A DNA stretch of 50,550 nt from a virus (taxonomy: Duplodnaviria; Caudoviricetes). This document shows, in pieces, positions 19,855-30,770 of the stretch. The DNA is taken from the IMG/VR virus record IMGVR_UViG_3300027719_000008, positions 1-50,550 of that record. One strand, written 5' to 3'. Both the position numbers and the translations under genes were made by a program. The notes under the pieces were generated by a model. That model saw nothing but the letters and a program-made list of their open reading frames with translations, was not told the DNA's origin and did not search any database. Position 1 is the first letter of the stretch. Each line of letters opens with the position of its first letter.

Positions 19855-20046
19855 CTATTTCCCCGCGTTGGCATCCTTCACGGCCTGATATGCGGCATCC
19901 TCGATGGCTTTCTTGACCATCATGCCCCAGGTGGGGTCATTGGTTTGCTCCCGGAAGAATGCGAGCGTGGCCTCGTAGATGGCCTCCTTGACAGTCTCGG
20001 GGTCAATGGTGGTTCCGATAGAGTAATTCTCGTTGTCTCCGCTCAT
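19855..20046 (-). CDS. Hypothetical protein
   Basis: AAAGGA SD; 63 aa. Confidence 0.6.
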   Translation of the reverse strand: MSGDNENYSIGTTIDPETVKEAIYEATLAFFREQTNDPTWGMMVKKAIEDAAYQAVKDANAGK

Positions 20047-20067
20047 GTTATGTTCCTTTCTTGCGTC

Positions 20068-20661
20068 TCAGACGTGTTCATGGACGGTTTTCGATGATGG
20101 ATCGTACCAATAGGCTTTCTGGACCCTATCGTACCACTGTTTCTGGAGGCGCGCTTCGTTGGCGTGGCCGAACATGGGCCTGTTGTTCTCAACGCCGTCC
20201 CACGCATAACGTCGTCCTTGCTGCATATCCCTCTCTTTGAGAAAAAACGAGAGCCAATCCCCCCTCTCGACGTGTTCAATGGCATCGTGGTCCTCGCGGG
20301 AGACGATCATATCGGTGGCGTGAATGCGATCATCGACGATGACATCGTGTTCTCGCTCCGGCTCCAAGGGATAATCCATCGCCGCCATGAGGTCCGCTGT
20401 CGGGTGCATGGCCTCCAACAGTGATTGGATGCGCGTGACCTTGTGCTGGATGCCTTGCCGCGTCAGACCAAGGTGATCTGCGATGGCCTGGAGCGTCATC
20501 TGCCCGGAGGTATGGACCGCCCAGACGATGATCTGGTGGCGGAGGTGTTCCTTCCGGGACGAGTCGGCCATCCAGTCATAGTTCATGAGGCGTTGAACGC
20601 AGGCGATGATCGGTTCGAACGTCTCCGGGATGGGCAGCGTGTCGTAGCGCGATGGCGTCAT
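20068..20661 (-). CDS. Sigma70 region 4-like HTH DNA-binding protein
   Basis: MTLQAIADHLGLTRQGIQHKV. Confidence 0.7.
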   Translation of the reverse strand: MTPSRYDTLPIPETFEPIIACVQRLMNYDWMADSSRKEHLRHQIIVWAVHTSGQMTLQAIADHLGLTRQGIQHKVTRIQSLLEAMHPTADLMAAMDYPLEPEREHDVIVDDRIHATDMIVSREDHDAIEHVERGDWLSFFLKERDMQQGRRYAWDGVENNRPMFGHANEARLQKQWYDRVQKAYWYDPSSKTVHEHV

Positions 20662-22855
20662 TTTATAATCCAATAGAGTCCAAGGGCGATGACGATCAGC
20701 ACCCACAGTGGGCATTTCAGGCGAAAGATCACATTGTCGTCATTCATGGCTTCTCCCTTCACACGCCCATGCGGATGATGTCGCCCAGAAGCTTCTGTTC
20801 GCGCCACCCGCGCCACGCTTGGATGGTTTCGTAGAGTCGATGTTTCGACTCGTCGCTGAGGTTGAGGTATACAGGGAAGCAAATATGGATATGGGCCTCT
20901 GTGTCCGGCGATGCAATGGCGGCATAGGGCTCGCCGGGGGCGAAGAAGGTATCGGCGCAATCCCACAAATGGGGATACTGCTCGATCTTCTCGATGATGG
21001 CGTTTACGATCTTCGCGGTGGTGGATGTGTAGTTCATGGTGTTATCCTTTTCGAGAAAACGGTTCATGGAGTACCGCACAGAAAAACATACAGAATGATC
21101 ATGATGAATATCACAGGGATGATGGCATCGTCGTCGTTCATGGTTCATCCTCCCGCACCGCCAGCTTCACCAACTCGGCGACGATGGCTTCGGCGCACTC
21201 CAGCGCCTGACGATGCGCGTTTTCAAGACTATGCACATAGGCAGCATGGTATTCCGGAAGCGGTTGCCTCTCGGCATAGTGCAGCTCGGAGGTCAATGCT
21301 GATGCGTGCTGCATGGCGTTGGCGAGATTGATGCTCATTCCATCCCCTTCCGGTATCGGTCACACACATGCGTGATATCGGCCCATGCGCTCTGGCAATA
21401 CTGCCCGGACCGGCGCATTTGGTCCAGCACGAATTGCTTTTCAATCGACATGTCGGTAGTCACCAACGCAACCCTGTCGTATGCTTGCCGCATCCAATCC
21501 TGTTCATCTGGGGTCAATTGGCACCACGGCACCATAGCGATATGGCGAACAGGAATCAGGCTGCACATTACATAGCGGCCATCATCGTCGTCCTCGTCGA
21601 TCTTGGCATTGGCGCACGTTCCGCAGCATTGCGCGCTGCGATAGTTGTGTTCCGCGCTCATGTGTTACTCCTCCCCATAATCTCGTCGATCTCTCGTTGA
21701 TACCGTTCATCCCAATACTGCGTGCAGGCGGAACAGAACCTGGCCCCGTCCTCGCGCATGGCTATCCCACAATGGCGGCACACGTCCGGATCGTACCCAT
21801 GCTCTCGAATGCAGGCGTCGGCTTCCTCGCCGGTCATGCGGACAAACGCATCGGGTTCGCACTGGACGCAGCAGATGAGGCGATCATGATCGTCGGCACC
21901 GTGCAGATAGACGCCGTTTGCATCGCAGGTGAACCAGACACGATCCCATGCTCCATCGTCGAACAGCGCCAGGGCATCGATGGTTCCGCCAGCATTCTCC
22001 ACAGACTGGATGGGTGGGTATTCCCAATGGACATCAGTGCGTTTGATCATGCTGATCCTCCCACCGTTCCGGCTCCTGCACGCTGGCGACCGTAATGCTG
22101 GCTTGGAACCCGCAATCGCAGAGAGCTTCGTACTCGTGGCCTTGGTTGAAAAACTCAATATCGTCGCCGCAGTTGGGGCATGTGATGGTCATCGTAGTCT
22201 CTCCAATCCAGCAATGACATGACGCGGGTCTTGCTTCCCGCACAGTTGATACATCGTCCGCGACTGCAACCATCGCTTGTAGGCGCGCCAGACGAACCGC
22301 TTGTCGAACCACGAGAACGTGGTATTCAAAGGCTGATTGATATCAAACCCCCAATATCCATGTTCAGTCCATAGCTTGACTCCGCTTGCGTGATCGACGG
22401 TAAAATGTGTTTGCGTCCATGTCTCCGGTTCGACATCGAAGTGATGGACGATATCATAGGCCAGCGGCGTATGCGTGAGCCATGTCATCGCATATCCTCC
22501 GGCAGCTCATAGGCGTCCTCCATGCGAATCCACCTTTCAGCGCCTTCGACGATGCATGCAACATCGGGAGCTTTTGTGCAAGAAAGTGCTCCATTGGACT
22601 GAATCGCCAGCATTAGCTCCCGCGCGAGTTCCAGAACGCGGTCGTGGCGGTTGTAGACATCGGCTCCGGCACTCACACCATAGTCTCTCATGACTTCCTC
22701 CCGTTCAGTCGCTCGTCAATCATTGCCTCTAAAGCATCCCTACGCCGTTGCCTCGCCACGCGCCACGCGACCTCCATCGGATAGAGAATCGCAACGGCAC
22801 CACAGAGTGTCATGCCGATTGCCATTCCGCAACAGAAAGAATCCCAATGAATCAT
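20658..22855 (-). CDS. Cluster of small hypothetical genes (20658..20747, 20759..21037, 21138..21338, 21335..21661, 21658..22050, 22034..22192, 22189..22488, 22485..22691, 22688..22855)
   Basis: Minus-strand ORFs, most with ATGA overlaps; several Cys-rich. Confidence 0.6.
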
Positions 22856-23040
22856 GACTTCCTCCCATTCTCCGGGCATCCGTTGCGAATCCAGTCCATG
22901 ATCCCCTGTTGGCTCCACCGCCGCGAGCGCCCCAAGAGGATCGACTGCGGCAGCTTTCCGGCAGCGGCCATCTTTTGCACATGGCGCGCGGAGACGGAGA
23001 GCATGGCGGCAACCTGCTTCACATTGAGTAATTCCGGCAT
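22852..23040 (-). CDS. AlpA/excisionase-like HTH protein
   Basis: LLNVKQVAAMLSVSARHVQKM...GKLPQSILLGRSRRW. Confidence 0.85.
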   Translation of the reverse strand: MPELLNVKQVAAMLSVSARHVQKMAAAGKLPQSILLGRSRRWSQQGIMDWIRNGCPENGRKS

Positions 23041-23093
23041 ATCCAATCCTTTCGTCACGAAATCCAACTAAACGGTCTAGCGCACTTCTGTTC

Positions 23094-23236
23094 GTATACA
23101 CGCACGGTACGCTGCACGCAAGAACAATCCCGGAATCCAGCGAAAGTGATATTGAGACGCAGTATCAATAAGGTTGTGTTGGCGAAAATAGTCCTTGACA
23201 TGACCTTGCGGTAAGCGTATTGAGACTCAGTATCAA
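23094..23236. promoter_or_regulatory. Divergent promoter region with two operator-like near-palindromes
   Basis: + strand TTGACA (23195)-N17-TATTGA; - strand TTGCGT-N17-TATACG; TATTGAGAC(G/T)CAGTATCAA at 23150 and 23218. Confidence 0.6.
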
Positions 23237-23254
23237 CAAGAATGGGTGGACTGC

Positions 23255-23683
23255 ATGGCGCGCAGATCAGTGAAAGGCTCCGGCTCGGTCGTCAAAGTCG
23301 AGGGATGCGAAGAGATTGAACGCATTCTCCGCGACAATGAGGCCATTGAGACGATTGTCCGCAAGTGTGTGATGCTGGTGAAGCGGATCAGTGACAAGAG
23401 CCTCGATGATCCCGAGTCCATGCGGATTGCCAAGCTCGGATTGGATGCAGCCAAGGTCGTGGTGGATATCCACAAGTTCCATGTGGGCGTCAGCACCAAG
23501 ACCGTGGAAAGCGAGCGGATGTTGGAGGATGGGCTGGAAGCGGAAGATGACGAAGCTCTCCTGTCCATGATCCGCCAACTGGAGACAGCGACCGGCGAAA
23601 AGGTCATTGATGCCAAAGGGGTGATTGTTGACGGCGACACTGGAGAAGCCCACGACGAAGAAGCGGAAGAAATCGCAGGCTGA
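23255..23683 (+). CDS. Putative terminase small subunit
   Basis: Helical, acidic-tailed ORF immediately upstream of TerL. Confidence 0.6.
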   Translation: MARRSVKGSGSVVKVEGCEEIERILRDNEAIETIVRKCVMLVKRISDKSLDDPESMRIAKLGLDAAKVVVDIHKFHVGVSTKTVESERMLEDGLEAEDDEALLSMIRQLETATGEKVIDAKGVIVDGDTGEAHDEEAEEIAG

Positions 23684-25373
23684 CGAGGTTGCCCTGCGAC
23701 TGGAAGCCGCGAAGCGTGTTCTCGAACGGCGCAAGCTGCGGGAATGGGTTCTGGCGTCAACGCTCAACTTCTCACGATTCGTCGGCGTCAATCCATACCA
23801 CTTCAAGCGCCAAGAGGTGATGTACGATCCCGATACGGGGTTCTATCCGTGGTGCCCCTATGCCGAGCGCGCGGCAGCGTATTTCGACCGCCCCGGCGTG
23901 GATGAACACGGCAATGCCATCGCCAAGCCCAAGTATATCGTATTCATCGCCCGTGACCACTTCAAGACCACCATCGCCGAATGCGCTCTCGCGCGTGAAA
24001 TGCTGGCCCACCCGGAAAAGTCGTTCATGATCCTCTGCGATAAAGAGGACAAGGCCACCGCGCGGCTTGCTCGCGTGACGAGTTTGCTGCTCCACCCGAA
24101 GGTGCAAGACCTCTTTTCCGACCGTGTTTTCCCCTACTCCAAAGACTATTACACCTCCGGCGCGGTCTACATGAACCGTCCGGGCGACGGCTTGAACAGT
24201 CGCGCCCCGGCGCTCATGGCCGACGGTATCCTGTCCGGTTTGGCCGGATTGCATTTCAACGGCGTCGTCTGGATGGACGACATCGTGACGGATAAGAATT
24301 ACAAGCAGCAGGAAGTGCAGGGCCAGTTGTGGATGAAGATGCAGCAGGTGATGTCGAACGTGGCCTCTCCGGGATGCCATATCTGGGTGACAGGCACGCG
24401 CTATCAGATGGGCGATGCCTATCGGAACATCCTCGATCACGACTCCCCCATCAAAACCGACATCGTTCCGGGCCATATGGTCCTCGGATGCACCGAACCG
24501 GATGGTCATGGTGGCAAGCGCCCCCTCAACTTCCTGCGATTCTGCATTGATATTGATGACGTGAACCGCCCCGTGAAATACCGTGGCGTCAAGTTTGAGA
24601 ACATCATCCGCGAAAGCCTCCTCGTGAAGAAGCAATCCACGCGCCCCGTCAGCGAATGGTACGCGCAGATGGAGAATAACCCAACTTCCGAGGATAATGC
24701 GTTCTTTGCGGCGGATGACTTCGCGCATGATGTCAACTGTTCCGCCGAAAAGCTGGTAACGTGGCTCGGATGTCCGGAAGGCATCGCCATGATGGGTGAG
24801 AACCAGGGTGGATTGCAGATTGCCGTCCTCGGCGACCCGTCGTATGGTGGCGCGGATAGTGCCGTCCTCCTCGTCGTGGCCTGCGATAACAAGGGCCGAC
24901 TCTACCTGATGAACGGCATGGCGGCTCCGCAGAAAGACTTGCGCGCCTACTTCATGCGGGCGCTCGAATGGCGCGACAAGTATGGATGCACGAAGCCCTT
25001 TGGCATTGAGATTCACGCCAAGGAGAGCAGCCGGACGCTGTGCGAGGACATGGCGCGCGGCTTGGGTGTGCGGCCCCCGCTGTTCTTCAAGCTGACGGAC
25101 AATAGCATCAAATCGAAGGAAGCGCGCATCCAAACGCTCGCGTCCTATCTCGTGGGCGGCAAGCTCTGGTTCTGCAACGACTTCCCGGTGGAACTGCGGC
25201 GTCGGATGCAGGATGAAGCGATGACGTTCCCGAACGGCGTGCATGACGACATTATCGACACGCTGGCGAATGCAGTCCAAGTCTTTGACGTTCGGCGCGG
25301 TTCCGGCAAACCGGTGTGTCTGACCCCGGCGCTGAATCGTGTTCCCCGTGGCGTGCGGAGGTTCCTGGCATGA
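23625..25373 (+). CDS. terL: Terminase large subunit
   Basis: ARDHFKTT Walker A-like, GLHF..VWMDD Walker B, GTRY, GDPS and HDDIIDTLA nuclease motifs. Confidence 0.9.
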   Translation: MLTATLEKPTTKKRKKSQADEVALRLEAAKRVLERRKLREWVLASTLNFSRFVGVNPYHFKRQEVMYDPDTGFYPWCPYAERAAAYFDRPGVDEHGNAIAKPKYIVFIARDHFKTTIAECALAREMLAHPEKSFMILCDKEDKATARLARVTSLLLHPKVQDLFSDRVFPYSKDYYTSGAVYMNRPGDGLNSRAPALMADGILSGLAGLHFNGVVWMDDIVTDKNYKQQEVQGQLWMKMQQVMSNVASPGCHIWVTGTRYQMGDAYRNILDHDSPIKTDIVPGHMVLGCTEPDGHGGKRPLNFLRFCIDIDDVNRPVKYRGVKFENIIRESLLVKKQSTRPVSEWYAQMENNPTSEDNAFFAADDFAHDVNCSAEKLVTWLGCPEGIAMMGENQGGLQIAVLGDPSYGGADSAVLLVVACDNKGRLYLMNGMAAPQKDLRAYFMRALEWRDKYGCTKPFGIEIHAKESSRTLCEDMARGLGVRPPLFFKLTDNSIKSKEARIQTLASYLVGGKLWFCNDFPVELRRRMQDEAMTFPNGVHDDIIDTLANAVQVFDVRRGSGKPVCLTPALNRVPRGVRRFLA

Positions 25374-27631
25374 GTGGCGCGAACTACGATCTGACAGCCT
25401 ACCAGCAACAGCGCCAAGCGATTGCGGCGGAGAACCAAGCCAACACGCAAGCGTATGAGCAGAGCGCCATGATGTGGGATCAGCAGGCGGCTGCGATCAT
25501 CCGTGCCAACGAGGAGAGCGGCGGGGAGCAGATTCCCATCCCGACCGACCCCGAACCCCCGGAGATGTACGAGGAGCTTCCGGCGCTGCCCCCGGCGTTC
25601 GACCCCAAGTTGATGCCGGAGATGGAAGGCGCGAAGTCCTTTGCGGAGGTCATGGAGCGTATCGACAAGAAAGTCGAGACGATGCACACGCACCTCAAGA
25701 ACATCCGCACAACGAAATATGAGGACGACTGGACCCGCATCGAAGCGGCGTTCAACATGGACGACGGCATGCGCGAGGATTTGCTGCGCAATGCGTCCGT
25801 CAACATGATGGACGATGACCGCTCTGATGTCGAGAAGGGCCGCTGGCGTCTTGGGCAATCCCTCCCGCTCGTGTTTGAGGCGTGCGAACACATCTACAGC
25901 CGTCTCTACATGAACGTGCGCGGCAATGCGCAGGACTACTGCGACATCAAAGGCCGCGAGAAGAACGATATTCCAGGTGCCAAGCGCGCCGTGTCATTCC
26001 TGAACTACCAATACAGCCACGAAATCCAGACCGATGAAGAGCTGAGTGATTGGTGTTACGACGCGGCGAAGCTTGGCACAGGCTTTATGTTCCAGTATTG
26101 GCAGGGCAACAAGCGCATCATGGAGTCGATCTCCCCGTGGAACATCTGGATTGACAACGCCCGCAACATTGAGAAGTGCGCGTGCGCGATCATCCGCAAG
26201 ATGGCCACCGTGGGCGAACTCACCGCGATGCGTGCTGCCGGACTGGTGTGGTTTACGGATTCCGACATGGAAGCCGCTGCGAACAAGAAAGTCGATTACA
26301 CCGGCCCCGGCACGACTTATGGCGGCTACGCCTCGAAGCGGATGCTGGAGCTTTCGCAGACGACCGAGAAGAAGGCCGACATCGACCCGTACTATCAGAA
26401 GGTTGCGGTTGACACGTTCATGGACACAGCCAACAAGCGGTGGATCGTGCGCGTCAACGAGAGTATCGTGATCGCCGTCCATCCGGCCATGCTGGAAGGC
26501 CGCCTGCCGATCAGCGTCCTGACGCCGCGCCGCCGTGGGCGTGAATTGTACGGCGACAGCGACTTGATCCGCACGCTGGACTTGCAGGACATGGCGAACG
26601 CCATCATGGAAGTCGGGATCGAGAACATCAAGAAGTCCTCGAATCCTGCCTACATCGGAAGCGACGCCGATCTTGCGAATCAGCGCATCACGCCCGGATA
26701 TTACCACTATACCCAGAACCCGCGTGATGTCCAGCCTCTCATGCCGCCGAACGCCACCCAACAGATTTTCTTCGCGATTGACTGGATTCGCCAGAACGCC
26801 ATCGACCGCGCCTCCGGGGTGAACGATACCATGCGCGGACAGGCGCAATACTCCGGCATGACGGCGACGGCCACACGCGACCTCTCGATGCAGGCTGGCA
26901 ACCGGATGGCCCCGCAGGATGACATGGCGATTGCTGCAATGGTCGATGTCAACACCGTCGCGCTGGAGCTGTGCCAGATGTACCTCCAGCCCCATGAAGC
27001 GTTCCAGGTGGTCGGCGAGCAATGGCTCCCGGTGCCGATGGGCGCTGAGATGCAGAACGCCCGTCCGATCGAAGGGAATGACCTCTTTGGCATCGTCGGG
27101 AAAGACCTTGTTCCGACGGGAAGCCCCGGAACGCCGGTGGGCCTCGCCCAAGAATACCTCAATTTCGCCACTGTTGCGGCCCAAATGGGCGGCAATCCGC
27201 AGCCGATCATGCGCGAGTATGCGCGAGTCGCGTTTGAAGGTCGCATCAATCCGGACGACGTGTTCCCGGAGAACCATATCGGCAACGACCCGATGCAGGA
27301 GAACGAAAACCTGATGCAGGGTGCGCCGATCAGCCGCGATCCGGATGACAACGACGCCCGCCACCTGCAGGTTCACCAAATGCTGATGCAGGACAAAGCG
27401 TTCATGCAGATGGCGAACATGAACCCGATGCTCGGCATGGCGCTCATGGCGCATGTGCAGGAACACTTTGCGTTCGCCCAACGTCAAGCCGCGATGATGG
27501 CTGGCGCGCCGATGCCGGAAGGTCGTGGTAGCGGACAGGGTGGCGCTGGCATGGGAGCCGAGCAGCTTCTTGAGCCGGATGTCAAAGAGGACAGTGAGCG
27601 CGAAGCGCAGATGGAGGCGCAACAGTCATGA
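25370..27631 (+). CDS. Portal protein
   Basis: Follows TerL with ATGA overlap; size, GTGF, SGVND..RG...TAT, C-terminal D.D..HL.VH. Confidence 0.85.
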   Translation: MSGANYDLTAYQQQRQAIAAENQANTQAYEQSAMMWDQQAAAIIRANEESGGEQIPIPTDPEPPEMYEELPALPPAFDPKLMPEMEGAKSFAEVMERIDKKVETMHTHLKNIRTTKYEDDWTRIEAAFNMDDGMREDLLRNASVNMMDDDRSDVEKGRWRLGQSLPLVFEACEHIYSRLYMNVRGNAQDYCDIKGREKNDIPGAKRAVSFLNYQYSHEIQTDEELSDWCYDAAKLGTGFMFQYWQGNKRIMESISPWNIWIDNARNIEKCACAIIRKMATVGELTAMRAAGLVWFTDSDMEAAANKKVDYTGPGTTYGGYASKRMLELSQTTEKKADIDPYYQKVAVDTFMDTANKRWIVRVNESIVIAVHPAMLEGRLPISVLTPRRRGRELYGDSDLIRTLDLQDMANAIMEVGIENIKKSSNPAYIGSDADLANQRITPGYYHYTQNPRDVQPLMPPNATQQIFFAIDWIRQNAIDRASGVNDTMRGQAQYSGMTATATRDLSMQAGNRMAPQDDMAIAAMVDVNTVALELCQMYLQPHEAFQVVGEQWLPVPMGAEMQNARPIEGNDLFGIVGKDLVPTGSPGTPVGLAQEYLNFATVAAQMGGNPQPIMREYARVAFEGRINPDDVFPENHIGNDPMQENENLMQGAPISRDPDDNDARHLQVHQMLMQDKAFMQMANMNPMLGMALMAHVQEHFAFAQRQAAMMAGAPMPEGRGSGQGGAGMGAEQLLEPDVKEDSEREAQMEAQQS

Positions 27632-27897
27632 CGAACCGCGACCTCCAAGCGCGCCTGATGGCCGGGGTGCAAGACCTCCAACGCTTTCGCCGTGAGCTTG
27701 GCGATTGGGCGGAGGACCCGATGACCGCGCGCTTCATGGCGATGATGGGTGCCGCCGTGGAATGGCACGAGCAGAAGATGCTGCAAGCCATCAACGACGA
27801 CACGCACGCGAAGAACCACAACTTGAACTACAATCGTCGGCAGGTCTATCTGGACTTGCTGAGTGTGATTGACGGACTGCTTGAGCAGAAGGAGTAA
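27628..27897 (+). CDS. Small hypothetical head-region protein
   Basis: Between portal and scaffold, coupled. Confidence 0.65.
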   Translation: MTNRDLQARLMAGVQDLQRFRRELGDWAEDPMTARFMAMMGAAVEWHEQKMLQAINDDTHAKNHNLNYNRRQVYLDLLSVIDGLLEQKE

Positions 27898-27901
27898 GAT
27901 C

Positions 27902-28684
27902 ATGGGTGACGAAAACCTTGTGGCACCTGGTGCTGTGGTTCCGGAAACGCCTGCATCCCCTGTGGTGCAGCCGACCGAACCCGCAGCCCCTGCTTCTGGC
28001 GAGACGGTACCGGACGCCGGGAGTGCTGAATACCTGAGCCGTAGTGAGGCGGAAGCCGTCATTGCGGAACGGGAACGGCATTTCCAGAGCGTGGCCGACC
28101 GGCGCATTGCCGAGGAGCGGAGAAAGATGCAGCAGGAGTTTGAGTCCAAATACGGAGCCGCCGCGCAACCCGCAGCCGTATCGCCCCAACCGCAGGCCCA
28201 GATGCAACAGGCAATGGATGCCGGTTTCACGCAGGCCGAAGTGGTGAAGGCGATTGACGACGGCACATTCCCGCAGTTGATGACGAAGATCGCCGATGCG
28301 ACCATCGAACGTCGATTGCAGGAGCGGGAGAATCGCGAGCGTGCAGATCGTGCCGTGGCCCAATTCGGCAATGAAGTGGATCGGATGGTGAAGCAGTACG
28401 GACTGTCGCCTGCGGAGGTGCAACGCATCGCCGACGTGACGGATCGGTTCATCAACGAACGCGGATACCTGCCGAATCCTGTGGAAGCGGTCTATGCGGC
28501 AACCGGCGTCAACCAGGAGCAAATGCTCGCGGCTGCGCTGAATGCTCGCAAGACCCCTCCCGCCGCTCCAGTCCGTACCGCCCCGCCGATTGTCGGTGGT
28601 GACGGAAGCAACATCCCCAACGCAGCGCCCACGCCGTCCGCCTATCAGAGCGGAACGGTTGGCTCTCTCTGGAAGAAAGGATAA
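27902..28684 (+). CDS. Capsid scaffolding protein (putative)
   Basis: Pro/Ala-rich ends, coiled-coil core, precedes major capsid gene. Confidence 0.7.
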   Translation: MGDENLVAPGAVVPETPASPVVQPTEPAAPASGETVPDAGSAEYLSRSEAEAVIAERERHFQSVADRRIAEERRKMQQEFESKYGAAAQPAAVSPQPQAQMQQAMDAGFTQAEVVKAIDDGTFPQLMTKIADATIERRLQERENRERADRAVAQFGNEVDRMVKQYGLSPAEVQRIADVTDRFINERGYLPNPVEAVYAATGVNQEQMLAAALNARKTPPAAPVRTAPPIVGGDGSNIPNAAPTPSAYQSGTVGSLWKKG

Positions 28685-28690
28685 CCCATC

Positions 28691-29917
28691 ATGGGAACGC
28701 CCACTCTTGGTCAAAGCACCGCGTTTTCGGATACCATTCTCAGCAGGCAGATTCTCAAGCCGGATGAAGTCATTCACATGACCGGCGATCAGGACAACAC
28801 CGCTATGTACCGCCTGTTCTCCATGATCCCGATGGAGACGGCTGGCAACTCCAAGTACACATGGTACGAGGACGAGGACTATCGCGCGACCGTCCGCATC
28901 ACGACTGCCGCCAGCGATAGCGCCACGACCCTCGTGGTGGTCAGTGGCGACGAGGACATCCTCCGCAAGTATGACGCGCTCTACAACCTGCGGACGGGTG
29001 AAGTGATCCACGTCACGGCCACACCGACGACCTCCAGTATCGCCGTCACCCGTGGCTTCGGCTCGGAAGCGGCGGCTGCGATCCTCGCCGGTGACGAATT
29101 CGCCGTCATGGGCAACGTCCTGCCGGAACTCAGCAGCCCCGTGGATGTCTACAACCGCGAACCGTGGACGCAGTACAACTACGTCCAAATGATGCGCGAA
29201 GGCTGGAAGATTTCCGGCCTCGCCAAGGCCGAACAGGTCTACGGCCCGGACAAGCTGACCTACGACCGCCAGAACGCTACGCGCGAGTTCCTGCGCAAGA
29301 TCGAGCGTTCCTTCCTGTTCGGTCAGCGGTACAAGACCGGAAGCAGCACGGCGACGTATCGCCAGACCGGTGGCCTCCAGTATTTCATGACCGCCGACGG
29401 CAGCCGCACGATGAACGTGGACGTGACCGGCACCATCTTCACGGAGTCGGTGTTCAACAACCTTCTCGTCCGCTACTTCAATCAGGCGGACACGAGCGAC
29501 AGCAAGGTGGCGTTCTGCGGCACGAACCACTTCCTCGCCATGTCCTCGTGGGCGCGCGACAAGCAGCAGATCATCGTCAACAACGCTGCGGCGACCGAGA
29601 AGCTCGGCACGGCGGTCTACGACTTCCAGTGCAGCACGGGCCAGATTCTCCACTGTGTCCCGTACAAGCCGTGGAACTACAGCGGCAACGGCGGCCTCGG
29701 CCTCGATGACCAGATCTGGATTCTGGACACGAACAAGATGGCGAAGTTTGGCGTCAACGGTCGTCCGGTTGATGTGACCCTGACCACCAGCGGCACGTCC
29801 GACGGCAACCTCGCCGGTATCGGTGTTGACGGCGAACACAACGAACTCCAGCTCGAAGTCGGGTTCAAGCTGTGGAACACGGAGAACTTCGCCATCATCT
29901 CGGGTATCGGTGCCTAA
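28691..29917 (+). CDS. Major capsid protein (DUF5309/SU10-like)
   Basis: KYTWYED, NYVQMMR...ISG, IERSFLFG, TGGL; strongly biased codon use. Confidence 0.85.
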   Translation: MGTPTLGQSTAFSDTILSRQILKPDEVIHMTGDQDNTAMYRLFSMIPMETAGNSKYTWYEDEDYRATVRITTAASDSATTLVVVSGDEDILRKYDALYNLRTGEVIHVTATPTTSSIAVTRGFGSEAAAAILAGDEFAVMGNVLPELSSPVDVYNREPWTQYNYVQMMREGWKISGLAKAEQVYGPDKLTYDRQNATREFLRKIERSFLFGQRYKTGSSTATYRQTGGLQYFMTADGSRTMNVDVTGTIFTESVFNNLLVRYFNQADTSDSKVAFCGTNHFLAMSSWARDKQQIIVNNAAATEKLGTAVYDFQCSTGQILHCVPYKPWNYSGNGGLGLDDQIWILDTNKMAKFGVNGRPVDVTLTTSGTSDGNLAGIGVDGEHNELQLEVGFKLWNTENFAIISGIGA

Positions 29918-29941
29918 TCAGGCCCAGAAAGGAGTTTGATC

Positions 29942-30691
29942 ATGGGTTACGAACAGATCAACGCCATGCTGGAATCCAAGCGCGGCAACTACGTGCGCAC
30001 GGATGACACGGATGAAGTGCTGATCATCAAGTACATCGGCGCGACGGTCTCTGGCGCTGTCACGGTGGAGGTCGCTGAAACGACTGGCGATCTCACGTTC
30101 ATCGTGGACGGCGCTGCCGATACGACCGTTGTTGCCTCGACGGGTGTGATCGACGTGAGCGCGACGGCGTACAACACGCTGGCGAAGGTGGCCGCGACGA
30201 TCAACGGCAGCCCCAACTGGCGCTGCTACATCAAGGACGGTCTCGGCAGTGAAACCTCCGCCGCCGCCATGAAAACGATGGCCGCGACGAGCGCCAAGAC
30301 CGCCGAAATCGTCTGCTACGGCGACACCAGCACCAAGTTGTCCCTCGACCTCAGCTTGACGCTGGAGGCCAACACGGACGGCTACGAGCTGGACGAGTTG
30401 CTTGGGATGCTGTCCAAGGTCTACGGCATCACGGGCTACAGCACCTATGCCTCCGGCACCTCGAAGTTCCAGATTTATGCCGTGGACTGCGAGGACGGGA
30501 CCGAGACGAAGATTTACGAGTCGGCTACCGGCGCCACGACCGTCTCTGCGTCCGTGACCAGCACCCCCGGCTGGAAGCCCGGAACTCGCGAGTGCGCGTA
30601 CAAGCTCGTCGTGCGCATCATCAACAGCGCGGCGATGGCGAGTGCCAGCCTGACGGTGGACGCTGCTCTGGGCCGCGTCTCCGAAGCCTAA
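29942..30691 (+). CDS. Virion structural protein (decoration/cement-like)
   Basis: Thr/Ala-rich, capsid-like codon bias, follows MCP. Confidence 0.6.
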   Translation: MGYEQINAMLESKRGNYVRTDDTDEVLIIKYIGATVSGAVTVEVAETTGDLTFIVDGAADTTVVASTGVIDVSATAYNTLAKVAATINGSPNWRCYIKDGLGSETSAAAMKTMAATSAKTAEIVCYGDTSTKLSLDLSLTLEANTDGYELDELLGMLSKVYGITGYSTYASGTSKFQIYAVDCEDGTETKIYESATGATTVSASVTSTPGWKPGTRECAYKLVVRIINSAAMASASLTVDAALGRVSEA

Positions 30692-30700
30692 TCCTCCGCT

Positions 30701-30740
30701 CCCCGGCCTGCCGTTTGGGTGGGCCGGGGAGATGTTCTTC
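30701..30740 (+). terminator. GC-rich hairpin after capsid genes
   Basis: CCCCGGCC...GGCCGGGG stem; weak T tract. Confidence 0.55.
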
Positions 30741-30770
30741 TGACTGACTGACTGACTGATTGAAGGGACG

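Noticed and set aside
27791-29839. Long antisense ORFs (also 25994..27622, 35022..37154, 23772..25280, 47087..48751)
   Set aside because: Shadow frames of genes with strong codon bias; no motifs or credible starts
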